Positions 1-12,237 of a DNA stretch of 64,000 bases are shown piece after piece. The position numbers and the translations under genes were made by a program. The stretch's first letter is position 1, and each line of letters begins with the position of its first letter. The stretch is from an uncultured bacterium (lineage in GTDB: Bacteria > Patescibacteriota > Dojkabacteria > SC72): the NCBI GenBank assembly GCA_903906305.1, contig CAIVJR010000005.1:162113-226112 (forward strand). The letters are read 5' to 3'. The notes beneath the pieces were generated by a model. It was not told the DNA's origin and did not search any database. It worked only from the letters and a program-made list of their open reading frames with translations.

Positions 1-499
1 TATGTGGACGAGCTAACACTCCAAGTGGGTATGATGCATAGCCATCCAATGCCTTCTTAAAAGCTTTGTATGAAAGGCCTATATTTTCTAAATCTTTGAA
101 ATAGTCGATATCCAGTTGAAGCAATGCCTCCATTATATGTTCCGATCCTACATATACATGGGAATATTTTCTAGAAATATCATATGCCTTACGTAATACA
201 AATTGAGATTCATTGGATATTTCTAACTCTCTTGCAGAGTTTGGATCTGTCGTTATCTCAATCATCTTCCCTCCAAAAGACTTCTTCATGAGGTCGTTTC
301 GATCAATACCCATCGACATAATAGTCCTTGTAGCAAGACTATCTTCGTTTAAAAGGATACCTATGAATATGTGTTCCGGAGAGATACTCTTCGCTTTTAA
401 ATGCTCCATTATGAGTGAAGCATTACGAAGAGATATCCTCGCGTTTTTACTTAGTCGTTTTAAAATGTTTGGCTTTTTGTCCAAAGCTATTGTAGTCAT
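1..499 (-). CDS. Clp ATPase (ClpC/ClpB-like) N-terminal fragment with two Clp_N repeats; gene continues beyond window start
   Basis: Minus-strand frame open from ATG at 499 to position 1. Translation MTTIALDKKPNILKRLSKNARISLRNASLIMEH... then ...ISPEHIFIGILLNEDSLATRTIMSMGIDRNDLMKK... matches the Clp_N repeat pattern. The +strand ORF 213-521 is its antisense shadow. Confidence 0.5.
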   Translation of the reverse strand, partial: MTTIALDKKPNILKRLSKNARISLRNASLIMEHLKAKSISPEHIFIGILLNEDSLATRTIMSMGIDRNDLMKKSFGGKMIEITTDPNSARELEISNESQFVLRKAYDISRKYSHVYVGSEHIMEALLQLDIDYFKDLENIGLSYKAFKKALDGYASYPLGVLARPH

Positions 500-522
500 A
501 CCCCAATTATACTACATCTAAC

Positions 523-1749
523 CTATTCTTTTGTGGTTAGCTCTGCTTCAATAGCGTTGTCTACTGCACTTGCAAGTTCTTCCTTGGTAACTTTCTTCTT
601 AGGTTCGACTGTCTTTTTTGCACTTGCGCCCTTTAGACTCAAGCCTAAGTGTCTCTCTGTAGAAGATATGGAAAGGATCTTAACGTCAACAGCTTGTCCT
701 TCTTTTACAATATCTTCAGGATTTTTAACCAATTTGTCTGAAAGTTCTGAGATATGGATGAGTCCATTAAGACCTTCACCAATTCTAACAAATGCTCCGT
801 AAGGAACAACCTTTTGAATCTCTCCCTTAACGACATCACCGACTTTGTACTTAGAGATAGCCTCTGCCCATGGATCTTTAAGTAACCTCTTAACACTGTA
901 AGCTACTCGCTTACCACCATCAGAGATACCTATGACCATGACATTAACCTTATCACCTACTGAATATATGCTATCAATATTCTCAACCTTGTCCCATGAC
1001 AATTCTGAGAGGTGAACCAATCCTTCTAGTCCTTCAGCATTAACAAATATACCAAATGGTGTAATACCACTTACAGTACCGATTAACACATCGCTCTCTT
1101 TTACCTTGTTCAATGTCTTTTCTCTCTGTTCTAAGTCTCTTGATTGTGTAACCATCTTTTCAGAAAGAATGATTCTGTTCTTTTCTCTGTCTAATTCAAT
1201 AATTCGGGTTTGAACTTTCTCACCAACCAATGAATTCAATGTCTTTTGTACTCTTGAAGAGATATCTTTTCCTACCTGTCTTACACCATTTAGATATACT
1301 CTTGAAGCATCTAATTGAGATGTAGGTATGAATCCTCTGATATCTTTTCCAATCTCTACGATTAATCCACCATTGTTTGCTTCTACTACTGTAGTTTCAA
1401 CAACAGAGTTATCTTTCTTAGATTTCTCAAGGGTAATCCATGCACTTGCTTGTTGTGTTCTTCTGATTGAAAGGACTAATTGTCCTTCATCATCTTCAGG
1501 TTTAACAACATATACCAAGATACTGTCTCCTACTTTGAGATCTCTCCAATTCATTGTCTCACTCTTTAATTCTCTTCCTGCAACAATACCTTCAGATTTG
1601 TAACCAACGTCAACAACGACATAGCCGTCTCTAACGTCTGCAACAACTCCTTCAACGATATCGCCTTTAGAAAGTTTTCTAATCTTGTTTCCTTCATCAA
1701 TGAGGAACTGATCTATTTGTGCGTATGCACTTTTTTGTGTTTGTACCAT
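523..1749 (-). CDS. rpsA: 30S ribosomal protein S1 (multiple S1 RNA-binding repeats)
   Basis: 408 aa with repeated S1-domain motifs (GDIVEGVV..., GKDIRGFIP..., GTVSGITPFGIFV..., GEIQKVVPYGAFV...). Confidence 0.85.
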   Translation of the reverse strand: MVQTQKSAYAQIDQFLIDEGNKIRKLSKGDIVEGVVADVRDGYVVVDVGYKSEGIVAGRELKSETMNWRDLKVGDSILVYVVKPEDDEGQLVLSIRRTQQASAWITLEKSKKDNSVVETTVVEANNGGLIVEIGKDIRGFIPTSQLDASRVYLNGVRQVGKDISSRVQKTLNSLVGEKVQTRIIELDREKNRIILSEKMVTQSRDLEQREKTLNKVKESDVLIGTVSGITPFGIFVNAEGLEGLVHLSELSWDKVENIDSIYSVGDKVNVMVIGISDGGKRVAYSVKRLLKDPWAEAISKYKVGDVVKGEIQKVVPYGAFVRIGEGLNGLIHISELSDKLVKNPEDIVKEGQAVDVKILSISSTERHLGLSLKGASAKKTVEPKKKVTKEELASAVDNAIEAELTTKE

Positions 1750-1822
1750 AGGGTTTTCCTTTGGTGATGTAATGCCTGTAGCTGCTATTACATACTAATA
1801 ATGTTATTTGCTACGAGCTGGA

Positions 1823-2470
1823 TTATATCACAAGGTATTCTTTTAATACAACCTTTTCCCAGTCAGGCTTTTTGGCTTTTAAGATGTATCTGCCATATAG
1901 TACAAAAAGAGAGTTAACTTTGTACCAATCGTCTTTTGGATATAGCTTTTCTAGGTCATGGGCTATCTTAGTAGGATCAGTTTCCTTAGTTAAACCGTAT
2001 GATTTAGCTACTCTACTCACATGAGTATCTACTGCAATACCTTGATTGGAGTGATATAGATCGTTAAGAAATACATTGGCTGTCTTGTAACCTACTCCTG
2101 GAAGTGTTTGAAGCTCTATGAGGGTCTTAGGAGGCTCGCCTTCATAGCGTTCATCAACTAACTTGGCTAATTCAACGATATGCTTGGCTTTGGTTTTAAA
2201 ATAGTTTATACCCTGTAGGGTATGTTCTACTTCCTCATACTTTGCGTTAGCCAGCTTCTTAGCTGTTGGATATTGCTTGAAAAGATTCTCAGTTATCTTG
2301 TTCACCTGTTTATCCGTAGTTTGAGCAGAGAGTACTATACAGATTAGAAACTGAAAGGCTGTAGACCAGTTAGAAAGCTCTGTTTTAGCTTCAGGGTATA
2401 TTTGCTCTATTTCAGATAGTAATTTACTTGCAAACGATTTCAGCGTCTCTTTCGTTTTTAACCTCTTCAT
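1823..2470 (-). CDS. nth: Endonuclease III-like HhH-GPD DNA glycosylase; lacks the C-terminal 4-Cys Fe-S motif
   Basis: HhH-GPD motifs LPGVGYKTANVFL and IAVDTHVSRVA with catalytic K and D. The C-terminus has no cysteines. Confidence 0.7.
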   Translation of the reverse strand: MKRLKTKETLKSFASKLLSEIEQIYPEAKTELSNWSTAFQFLICIVLSAQTTDKQVNKITENLFKQYPTAKKLANAKYEEVEHTLQGINYFKTKAKHIVELAKLVDERYEGEPPKTLIELQTLPGVGYKTANVFLNDLYHSNQGIAVDTHVSRVAKSYGLTKETDPTKIAHDLEKLYPKDDWYKVNSLFVLYGRYILKAKKPDWEKVVLKEYLVI

Positions 2471-2843
2471 CGAATTTTAAGTCGTTAATAAACTTAATGG
2501 CTCCACCTCTTAGATCATCAATTGTACCATTATTCTCTATTACATAATCATATTCGGGGTATTCCTCTACGTTTTTATCAGCATATGCATAGTTTTCGAA
2601 TTCCACATCTATATCCTTCTTTATCAATATTGCTTTAAAATCAATCTCTGGATAGTTTAATTCAATATATTCTTTTAATTGGCAGATATATTCCGATTCT
2701 CTAATATCGAAAAACAATACGCCATTTCCATCTTCTCCGAAATATTCATACAGTTTTCCAATAGCATAATCATCAAGGCTATGTTTATCCATATTTACAA
2801 ACATTTTTTTTGCAATCAAACATCGCTTTTCTCCAATATTCAT
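2424..2843 (-). CDS. C-terminal part of a T4-gp1-like deoxynucleoside monophosphate kinase (downstream frame of a split gene)
   Basis: C-terminal ...YDYVIENNGTIDDLRGGAIKFINDL resembles the T4 dNMP kinase C-terminus (...GDLVITNDGSLEELFSKIKNTL). The 59-nt overlap with the upstream P-loop ORF lies on an A8 run. Confidence 0.45.
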   Translation of the reverse strand: MNIGEKRCLIAKKMFVNMDKHSLDDYAIGKLYEYFGEDGNGVLFFDIRESEYICQLKEYIELNYPEIDFKAILIKKDIDVEFENYAYADKNVEEYPEYDYVIENNGTIDDLRGGAIKFINDLKFDEEVKNERDAEIVCK

Positions 2844-3027
2844 TTTTTGTTACTCCATCCCAAAGCTTTCCCTCCCAGCCAGTAGTTTTCAAATATTCTC
2901 TTACAGGATTTACCGAAGATTCGTGCATAAAGGGGATGCCTTTTTCTTGCAAAATTCTGCCTACTTGTTCGCCAAAGGTATTTTTTCCTACTCGGGCTCG
3001 CCCATTAATTACAAATATTTTTAGCAT
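2785..3027 (-). CDS. N-terminal P-loop (Walker A) part of the dNMP kinase-like gene (upstream frame of the split gene)
   Basis: MLKIFVINGRARVGKNTFGEQV resembles T4 gp1 MKLIFLSGVKRSGKDTTADFI (GxxxxGK[ST] P-loop). The ORF ends just after an A8 homopolymer at about 2804-2811. Confidence 0.45.
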   Translation of the reverse strand: MLKIFVINGRARVGKNTFGEQVGRILQEKGIPFMHESSVNPVREYLKTTGWEGKLWDGVTKNEYWRKAMFDCKKNVCKYG

Positions 3028-3425
3028 TGATTTTGGGGATATTTTATTTTAGTTTCGTAGTCCTATAGCCAGTGTCGGCCATTTTGAGTACTGATTAGTA
3101 TATTTTTACCCTATATTTAGCATACCACACCTCATAGTTACGGTATAGTGCAAATATTGTATACTGGTATATGCACCTATATATTAGTCTTTCTTTTCAA
3201 TTCCTATATTCTATATGGGAAATCATAAAAAGATGTGTTCGGGCTTTGAGAGGGGTTCGCTCTAGTCTAAATAGACGAGTTACGTTGTTTAGCACGCAAA
3301 GCCCCCTACGTTTCTGCTACAGCAGATATATGTAACATTATTGTTTCGTATATATCTGTATCAATTATGGCTACATTTATATACATTATCCGAGAGTATA
3401 TTTATATCAGCTTCAGTATAAATAA

Positions 3426-3453
3426 CAAAAAGCCCACTATTTCTAGTGGGTTT
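3426..3453 (-). terminator. Rho-independent terminator-like hairpin (cccacta/tagtggg stem); copy 1 of a 34-bp repeat
   Basis: Minus strand reads aaacccactagaaatagtgggcttttt: a 7-8 bp stem, 4-nt loop and T-tract. It lies downstream of the minus-strand micro-ORF 3611-3814. Confidence 0.45.
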
Positions 3454-3610
3454 ATCAATTTATAATTAAGGTCGAATTGTCATCTAATTAATCAATGCAT
3501 TTAAACATACAAGCTCTTTATATATTTAAGTACATCGCGCAAGAGAGAAAAGAATACCAATAAAATTGGAAATTTCTAAGATTACTCTCTTGCGCTAGTG
3601 ATGTACATGT

Positions 3611-3814
3611 TCATGGGATCCAAAGTAATTGTTGTAGAATCTCTTCGTTCCGGTTTTGGATTTGCTCCGCGGTTAAAGTCGGCACTGGTGTTGGATTCAT
3701 TTTTTCTTGAATCACTACTACAACATCCCCTATGGGATCGTTAGACGGTAAAACAACCATCATTCCTACCAAAATAATGACAACCATCAATCCGAAACAA
3801 ATTACTTTTTTCAT
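3611..3814 (-). CDS. Small hydrophobic protein (signal/TM peptide), hypothetical
   Basis: 67 aa. MKKVICFGLMVVIILVGMMVVLP has an N-terminal hydrophobic helix. It sits between the two terminator-hairpin copies. Confidence 0.3.
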   Translation of the reverse strand: MKKVICFGLMVVIILVGMMVVLPSNDPIGDVVVVIQEKMNPTPVPTLTAEQIQNRNEEILQQLLWIP

Positions 3815-4240
3815 TATTATCTCCTCTGGGATTTCCCCAATCTAAAAAACTTTTAAAGAAGCTTTCGCTTCGCCGAATATAAATATCCAATTAAATAATT
3901 AGGTACTCATATCGGGGAAGCTAAATACTCCAAAGTATTTTAGTGTATAACATGTACATCTTAATACTCATTCAATACAGATATAAATATCATGTATATA
4001 TAGAATAAGTAATATTTTAAAGAACATTATCTCTTCATATAGAAAAGATATTAGAAGGAATAGGCAATATTCGCTCTCACATCATTTCTATGAATGGGAT
4101 ATGTTTCTTTGTTTAATTATTAAAGGGCAGACTTTAATCTATGTATATTATACTAAATATTAGGGAGTTATTCAACACTATGGGATATTAGACCCCTTTC
4201 CATGGAAGCTCACAAGCAATTTAAGATAGGCCCAAAGAAC

Positions 4241-4267
4241 AAAAAACCCACTATTTCTAGTGGGTTT
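4241..4267 (-). terminator. rRNA operon terminator hairpin (copy 2 of the same 34-bp element), immediately after 5S rRNA
   Basis: Minus strand reads aaacccactagaaatagtgggttttttg: stem cccacta/tagtggg plus T6. It lies directly 3' of the 5S gene. Confidence 0.6.
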
Positions 4268-4282
4268 ATCTATTCTAATAAG

Positions 4283-4400
4283 TCCTGGCAATGACCTATC
4301 TTCCCAGGACCAAAGGTCCAAGTATTTTCGGCGCTAGAGCGTTTTACTTCTGAGTTCGGGATGGAGTCAGGTAGTTCCACTCTGCTACAATCGCCAGGCA
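4283..4400 (-). rRNA. rrf: 5S ribosomal RNA
   Basis: Reverse complement begins (t)gcctggcgattgtagcagagtggaactacctgactccatcccgaactcagaagtaaaacgctctagcgccg... and ends ...tgccaggac, i.e. 5S conserved sequence. Confidence 0.8.
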
Positions 4401-4537
4401 ACAAAAATCTAGGTATAAATTCCTGTTGCCTGACAACCTTACTTGCGTAAGATATCAGGACTTAAGTTCTAAAGAGCTAATGAACGTGTACAATGTACAC
4501 ACTCAAAACTGAATAGAAATATGTAATTTCAAAAAAA

Positions 4538-7664
<3,127 letters not shown>

Positions 7665-7824
7665 TATTGAAATTACTTTCCTATTCAGTTTTAAATGTGC
7701 AACTACAAATTCTGTAAATATTTATTACAAAATGGACCTACCTATACAGTAATAAATATGTACTACAAAATCTGGTTCATTTTTCAAGAATTAAAGCTTT
7801 AGACTTCGTTTCCTGTTATCTATA

Positions 7825-7898
7825 TGGACCTGAAGGGAGTCGAACCCTTGACCTCTTCATTGCAAATGAAGCGTTCTGACCAGCTGAACTACAGGCCC
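7825..7898 (-). tRNA. tRNA-Ala (anticodon UGC), G3:U70 present, CCA not encoded
   Basis: Reverse complement GGGCCTGTAGTTCAGCTGGTCAGAACGCTTCATTTGCAATGAAGAGGTCAAGGGTTCGACTCCCTTCAGGTCCA; anticodon loop TTTGCAA. Confidence 0.9.
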
Positions 7899-7911
7899 TC
7901 ATAATCGATTA

Positions 7912-7988
7912 TGGTGGGCGCACCAAGGATCGAACTTGGGACCTCAGTCTTATCAGGACTGTGCTCTAACCAGCTGAGCTATACGCCC
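7912..7988 (-). tRNA. tRNA-Ile (anticodon GAU), CCA encoded
   Basis: Reverse complement GGGCGTATAGCTCAGCTGGTTAGAGCACAGTCCTGATAAGACTGAGGTCCCAAGTTCGATCCTTGGTGCGCCCACCA; anticodon loop CTGATAA. Confidence 0.9.
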
Positions 7989-8065
7989 ATCGATTCGCTC
8001 TCATATTATTAAAAGAACTAGCTCTTGAAAGCTAAAAAGTGATAGGAAGATCTAGGTTACTCCTT

Positions 8066-9616
<1,551 letters not shown>

Positions 9617-9917
9617 AAAACGCTTGACTTTGCAATTTGCCGAAGCAAAAAGACCAACCAGCGATTGTTGGATTTGATTTTTTTGACTAAATGAATTGTG
9701 TGACCAAATCACACGATATTTAAAAAGCCTAATTGTTTTAGACTTCCTATCACTCTTCAACTTTTAAGGAGCTGAATGTGGTAATAAAACGAAGATAAAA
9801 ATATTTCACGAACTGCAGGTATTCGTTAGAGCTATTCTCTAAGAGGATTCCCGTATCTCCTTTAGTATCCCAAACTCGTGAAAGGATTCTAACACAGGAA
9901 AAGTAGATATGCAAGTA

Positions 9918-11765
9918 CTATTTCTTACCTTTTTGTACTATGTATAGATGTTTAAGTTCTTCAATAGTAGTAGCCTCTTCAGAAGTCTTGTCCCTACTCC
10001 ATTCTACAAGCCTTGGGAACCTCAAAGAAAGCCCACCACCTATATTTAAATCTGCCTTAATATTCTGTGTAATTTCATCAGCTTCTACAGAAAAAACAAT
10101 CTTAGGATCGACCCATACATCCGGAGCAAGAATATCATTCACTTCTACATTCTTTGGCTTCTTGTTTACAATATCTTCTTTAAAGCCTTCCCCTATACTT
10201 CTAAGCAATTCATCACTAAAACCAGTACCAACTTTACAGATAGCCTCATATATATCAGATTCAGGATTATAGAGCGCACCCAATATAGCGCCAACTCCAA
10301 GCTTACTTCGCTTCCCAGACCCATTGTAGAAGCCTACAGCCACCAAATCTATAGTATCAACTAGATCTTTTTGCATAGATTTCTTTAATTTAATCCATTC
10401 GAAGTTTCTAGCACCAGGATAGTATGGTCCTGCCAACTGTTTTACGATTATTCCTTCTAGCTTTCTCCCCACATTTTCATCGAATACTGCCTTTAGGTCC
10501 TCAATATTACTAATTACAGTAGTATTGCACACCTCTATACCCCCGTGGGTATTAGAAAACTCTTTCTCCAACTGAAATACTCGCTCAGAAGTATCAATTT
10601 CAGACATATCTTTTCCATTCAAATACAGAAGATCAAAGGTCTGAGCTTTAACTGGGATATCAGCTTGCATTCCCTCTACCCCATACTTTCTTCTTCTTTG
10701 CATAGTCTCTTGGTAGCTTAGGAAGGTATTCTCTTTGTAATTCCATCCTAATACTTCAGAGTCCAACACAAATGATTCCTGCTTAAATTCCATCGCAGCA
10801 TCAACAATTTCTGGGAACATATCAGTAACATCCTCTAAATTACGAGTGAATAGCTTTACCCTATATTCCTTGGCTTTAGATTCGAAAAGCCCGCCCTGTG
10901 AGGCCTCCTCCGTGAAGTTTTCCCACATCATTCTCTCTTCATACCTTGAATCATCTTTCTTGAATTTGTGAATCTGACATCTCAATCCATCAAACTTTGG
11001 TTGAACTAAGAATTCGTTTCCGAATCTCTCAATCACTTCTTCAAATGACCCCACTCTCTCTACTAATCTAGACAATACAGGTACTCCTGGTGTTATATGT
11101 AGATCTAAAATTTTCTCATCAGCTCCATCTCTAACCTTCATGATTAGCGAACATATATATCCGAGGTCTGCGCTTACACCATATGATCTATCCAATCTTT
11201 CTCTTAGGCTTTTGTCACCATTTAATACAAATGAGAATGCATCTAATACCGTCTTAGAATTTAGCCCTAGTCTCAGTTCTCCGCATATGGTTCTACTAAG
11301 ATATTTAGCTTCTAGTGGGTTCATGCTCTGAAGAAGACTCATTACTAATGCTTTCTTCTTTTCAATTGATCCTGTTCCTGTTGCCTTAACTATTTCCCAC
11401 ATTCGGTTATATATCCCTTCTAAAGATATTTCCTCTGACTTAAAACCTAATTCATTTGAAAGAAATTCTGCAGCATCTCCAATATCTCCCAGCTCTGTTC
11501 GCTTCTTTTGCATATCAAACTTGCGTCCTTTTAGCTTACACAGTGCGTCAAAAAGCGAGGTTAAACTCTTTTCAGAGAAATTGAATTCACTTACTACAAA
11601 GAACGGAGCTAGTCTTCCCTGTACAAGATATGCAGTTATTTGTGCATCCTTACTGTCCAATGTTTTAAGGAAGTCCGCAAGGATACCTGTCATATCATTC
11701 CTCGAATCAGTTACCTCTAATTGTTGAAAAACCTCGCATACTTTTTTGAATGTTACTCTTTCCAT
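9918..11765 (-). CDS. ATP-dependent DNA ligase, three-domain Lig1/archaeal type (DBD-NTase-OB)
   Basis: 615 aa. Adenylation motif I KFDGLR (…VQPKFDGLRCQIHK), with an N-terminal DNA-binding domain and a C-terminal OB fold. Its start is one nt after the stop of the upstream HTH gene. Confidence 0.85.
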   Translation of the reverse strand: MERVTFKKVCEVFQQLEVTDSRNDMTGILADFLKTLDSKDAQITAYLVQGRLAPFFVVSEFNFSEKSLTSLFDALCKLKGRKFDMQKKRTELGDIGDAAEFLSNELGFKSEEISLEGIYNRMWEIVKATGTGSIEKKKALVMSLLQSMNPLEAKYLSRTICGELRLGLNSKTVLDAFSFVLNGDKSLRERLDRSYGVSADLGYICSLIMKVRDGADEKILDLHITPGVPVLSRLVERVGSFEEVIERFGNEFLVQPKFDGLRCQIHKFKKDDSRYEERMMWENFTEEASQGGLFESKAKEYRVKLFTRNLEDVTDMFPEIVDAAMEFKQESFVLDSEVLGWNYKENTFLSYQETMQRRRKYGVEGMQADIPVKAQTFDLLYLNGKDMSEIDTSERVFQLEKEFSNTHGGIEVCNTTVISNIEDLKAVFDENVGRKLEGIIVKQLAGPYYPGARNFEWIKLKKSMQKDLVDTIDLVAVGFYNGSGKRSKLGVGAILGALYNPESDIYEAICKVGTGFSDELLRSIGEGFKEDIVNKKPKNVEVNDILAPDVWVDPKIVFSVEADEITQNIKADLNIGGGLSLRFPRLVEWSRDKTSEEATTIEELKHLYIVQKGKK

Positions 11766-11766
11766 A

Positions 11767-12198
11767 TTACCTCCCTATGTATTTGTAAAACGTTGATTTA
11801 GTACTGCCTTTCTGTGATATATACTTTTCTTTTGCAAGAACATCCATATCTCTTCTAAGGGTTCTAGAGGAAACATCGGGAACTAAGATTTGAAGATCCT
11901 TTGGAGTTACAATCCCCTTCTCTTTTACAACTTTAAGTATCCTAGCTTGTCTCTCATTTAATCCTAAGATTTTCTCCTCGACCTCTTTTTCAAGGACTGC
12001 CCTAGGGCTGCCCTCATCGGGTTGGATTTCTTCTTCCTTTTTCTTTCCACCACTTTCTTTACTCAATGGGGTACTAGATGTTTCTTGGTGTGTAAGTTTT
12101 GTTATCAAAAATGCGCCTAAAAAAATTCCTCCAAGAGTTAGTATTGTACTCAATGCATGATTTTCCTTTTTTGGGGTAGTTGCCATATAGTTATCCAC
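11767..12198 (-). CDS. Membrane-anchored DeoR-type winged-helix HTH protein
   Basis: The N-terminus has a TM helix (LSTILTLGGIFLGAFLITKL), followed by a K/E-rich linker. The C-terminus ERQARILKVVKEKGIVTPKDLQILVPDVSSRTLRRDMDVLAKEKYI matches the DeoR HTH signature. Confidence 0.5.
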   Translation of the reverse strand: MDNYMATTPKKENHALSTILTLGGIFLGAFLITKLTHQETSSTPLSKESGGKKKEEEIQPDEGSPRAVLEKEVEEKILGLNERQARILKVVKEKGIVTPKDLQILVPDVSSRTLRRDMDVLAKEKYISQKGSTKSTFYKYIGR

Positions 12199-12237
12199 AT
12201 GGGGCTTAAATTTATTCTCTGTTACAATTATACATGC

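Noticed and set aside
213-521. 102-aa +strand ORF
   Set aside because: It is antisense to a clearly recognisable Clp_N-domain reading frame on the minus strand. It has no motif and odd composition.
3230-3320. GC-rich island in the AT-rich tract as a specific known ncRNA (SRP RNA, 6S, tRNA-like)
   Set aside because: It could not be matched to SRP RNA domain IV (GGAAGGAAGCAGC), tRNA cloverleaf or other motifs by eye. It is kept only as part of the broader non-coding-tract observation.
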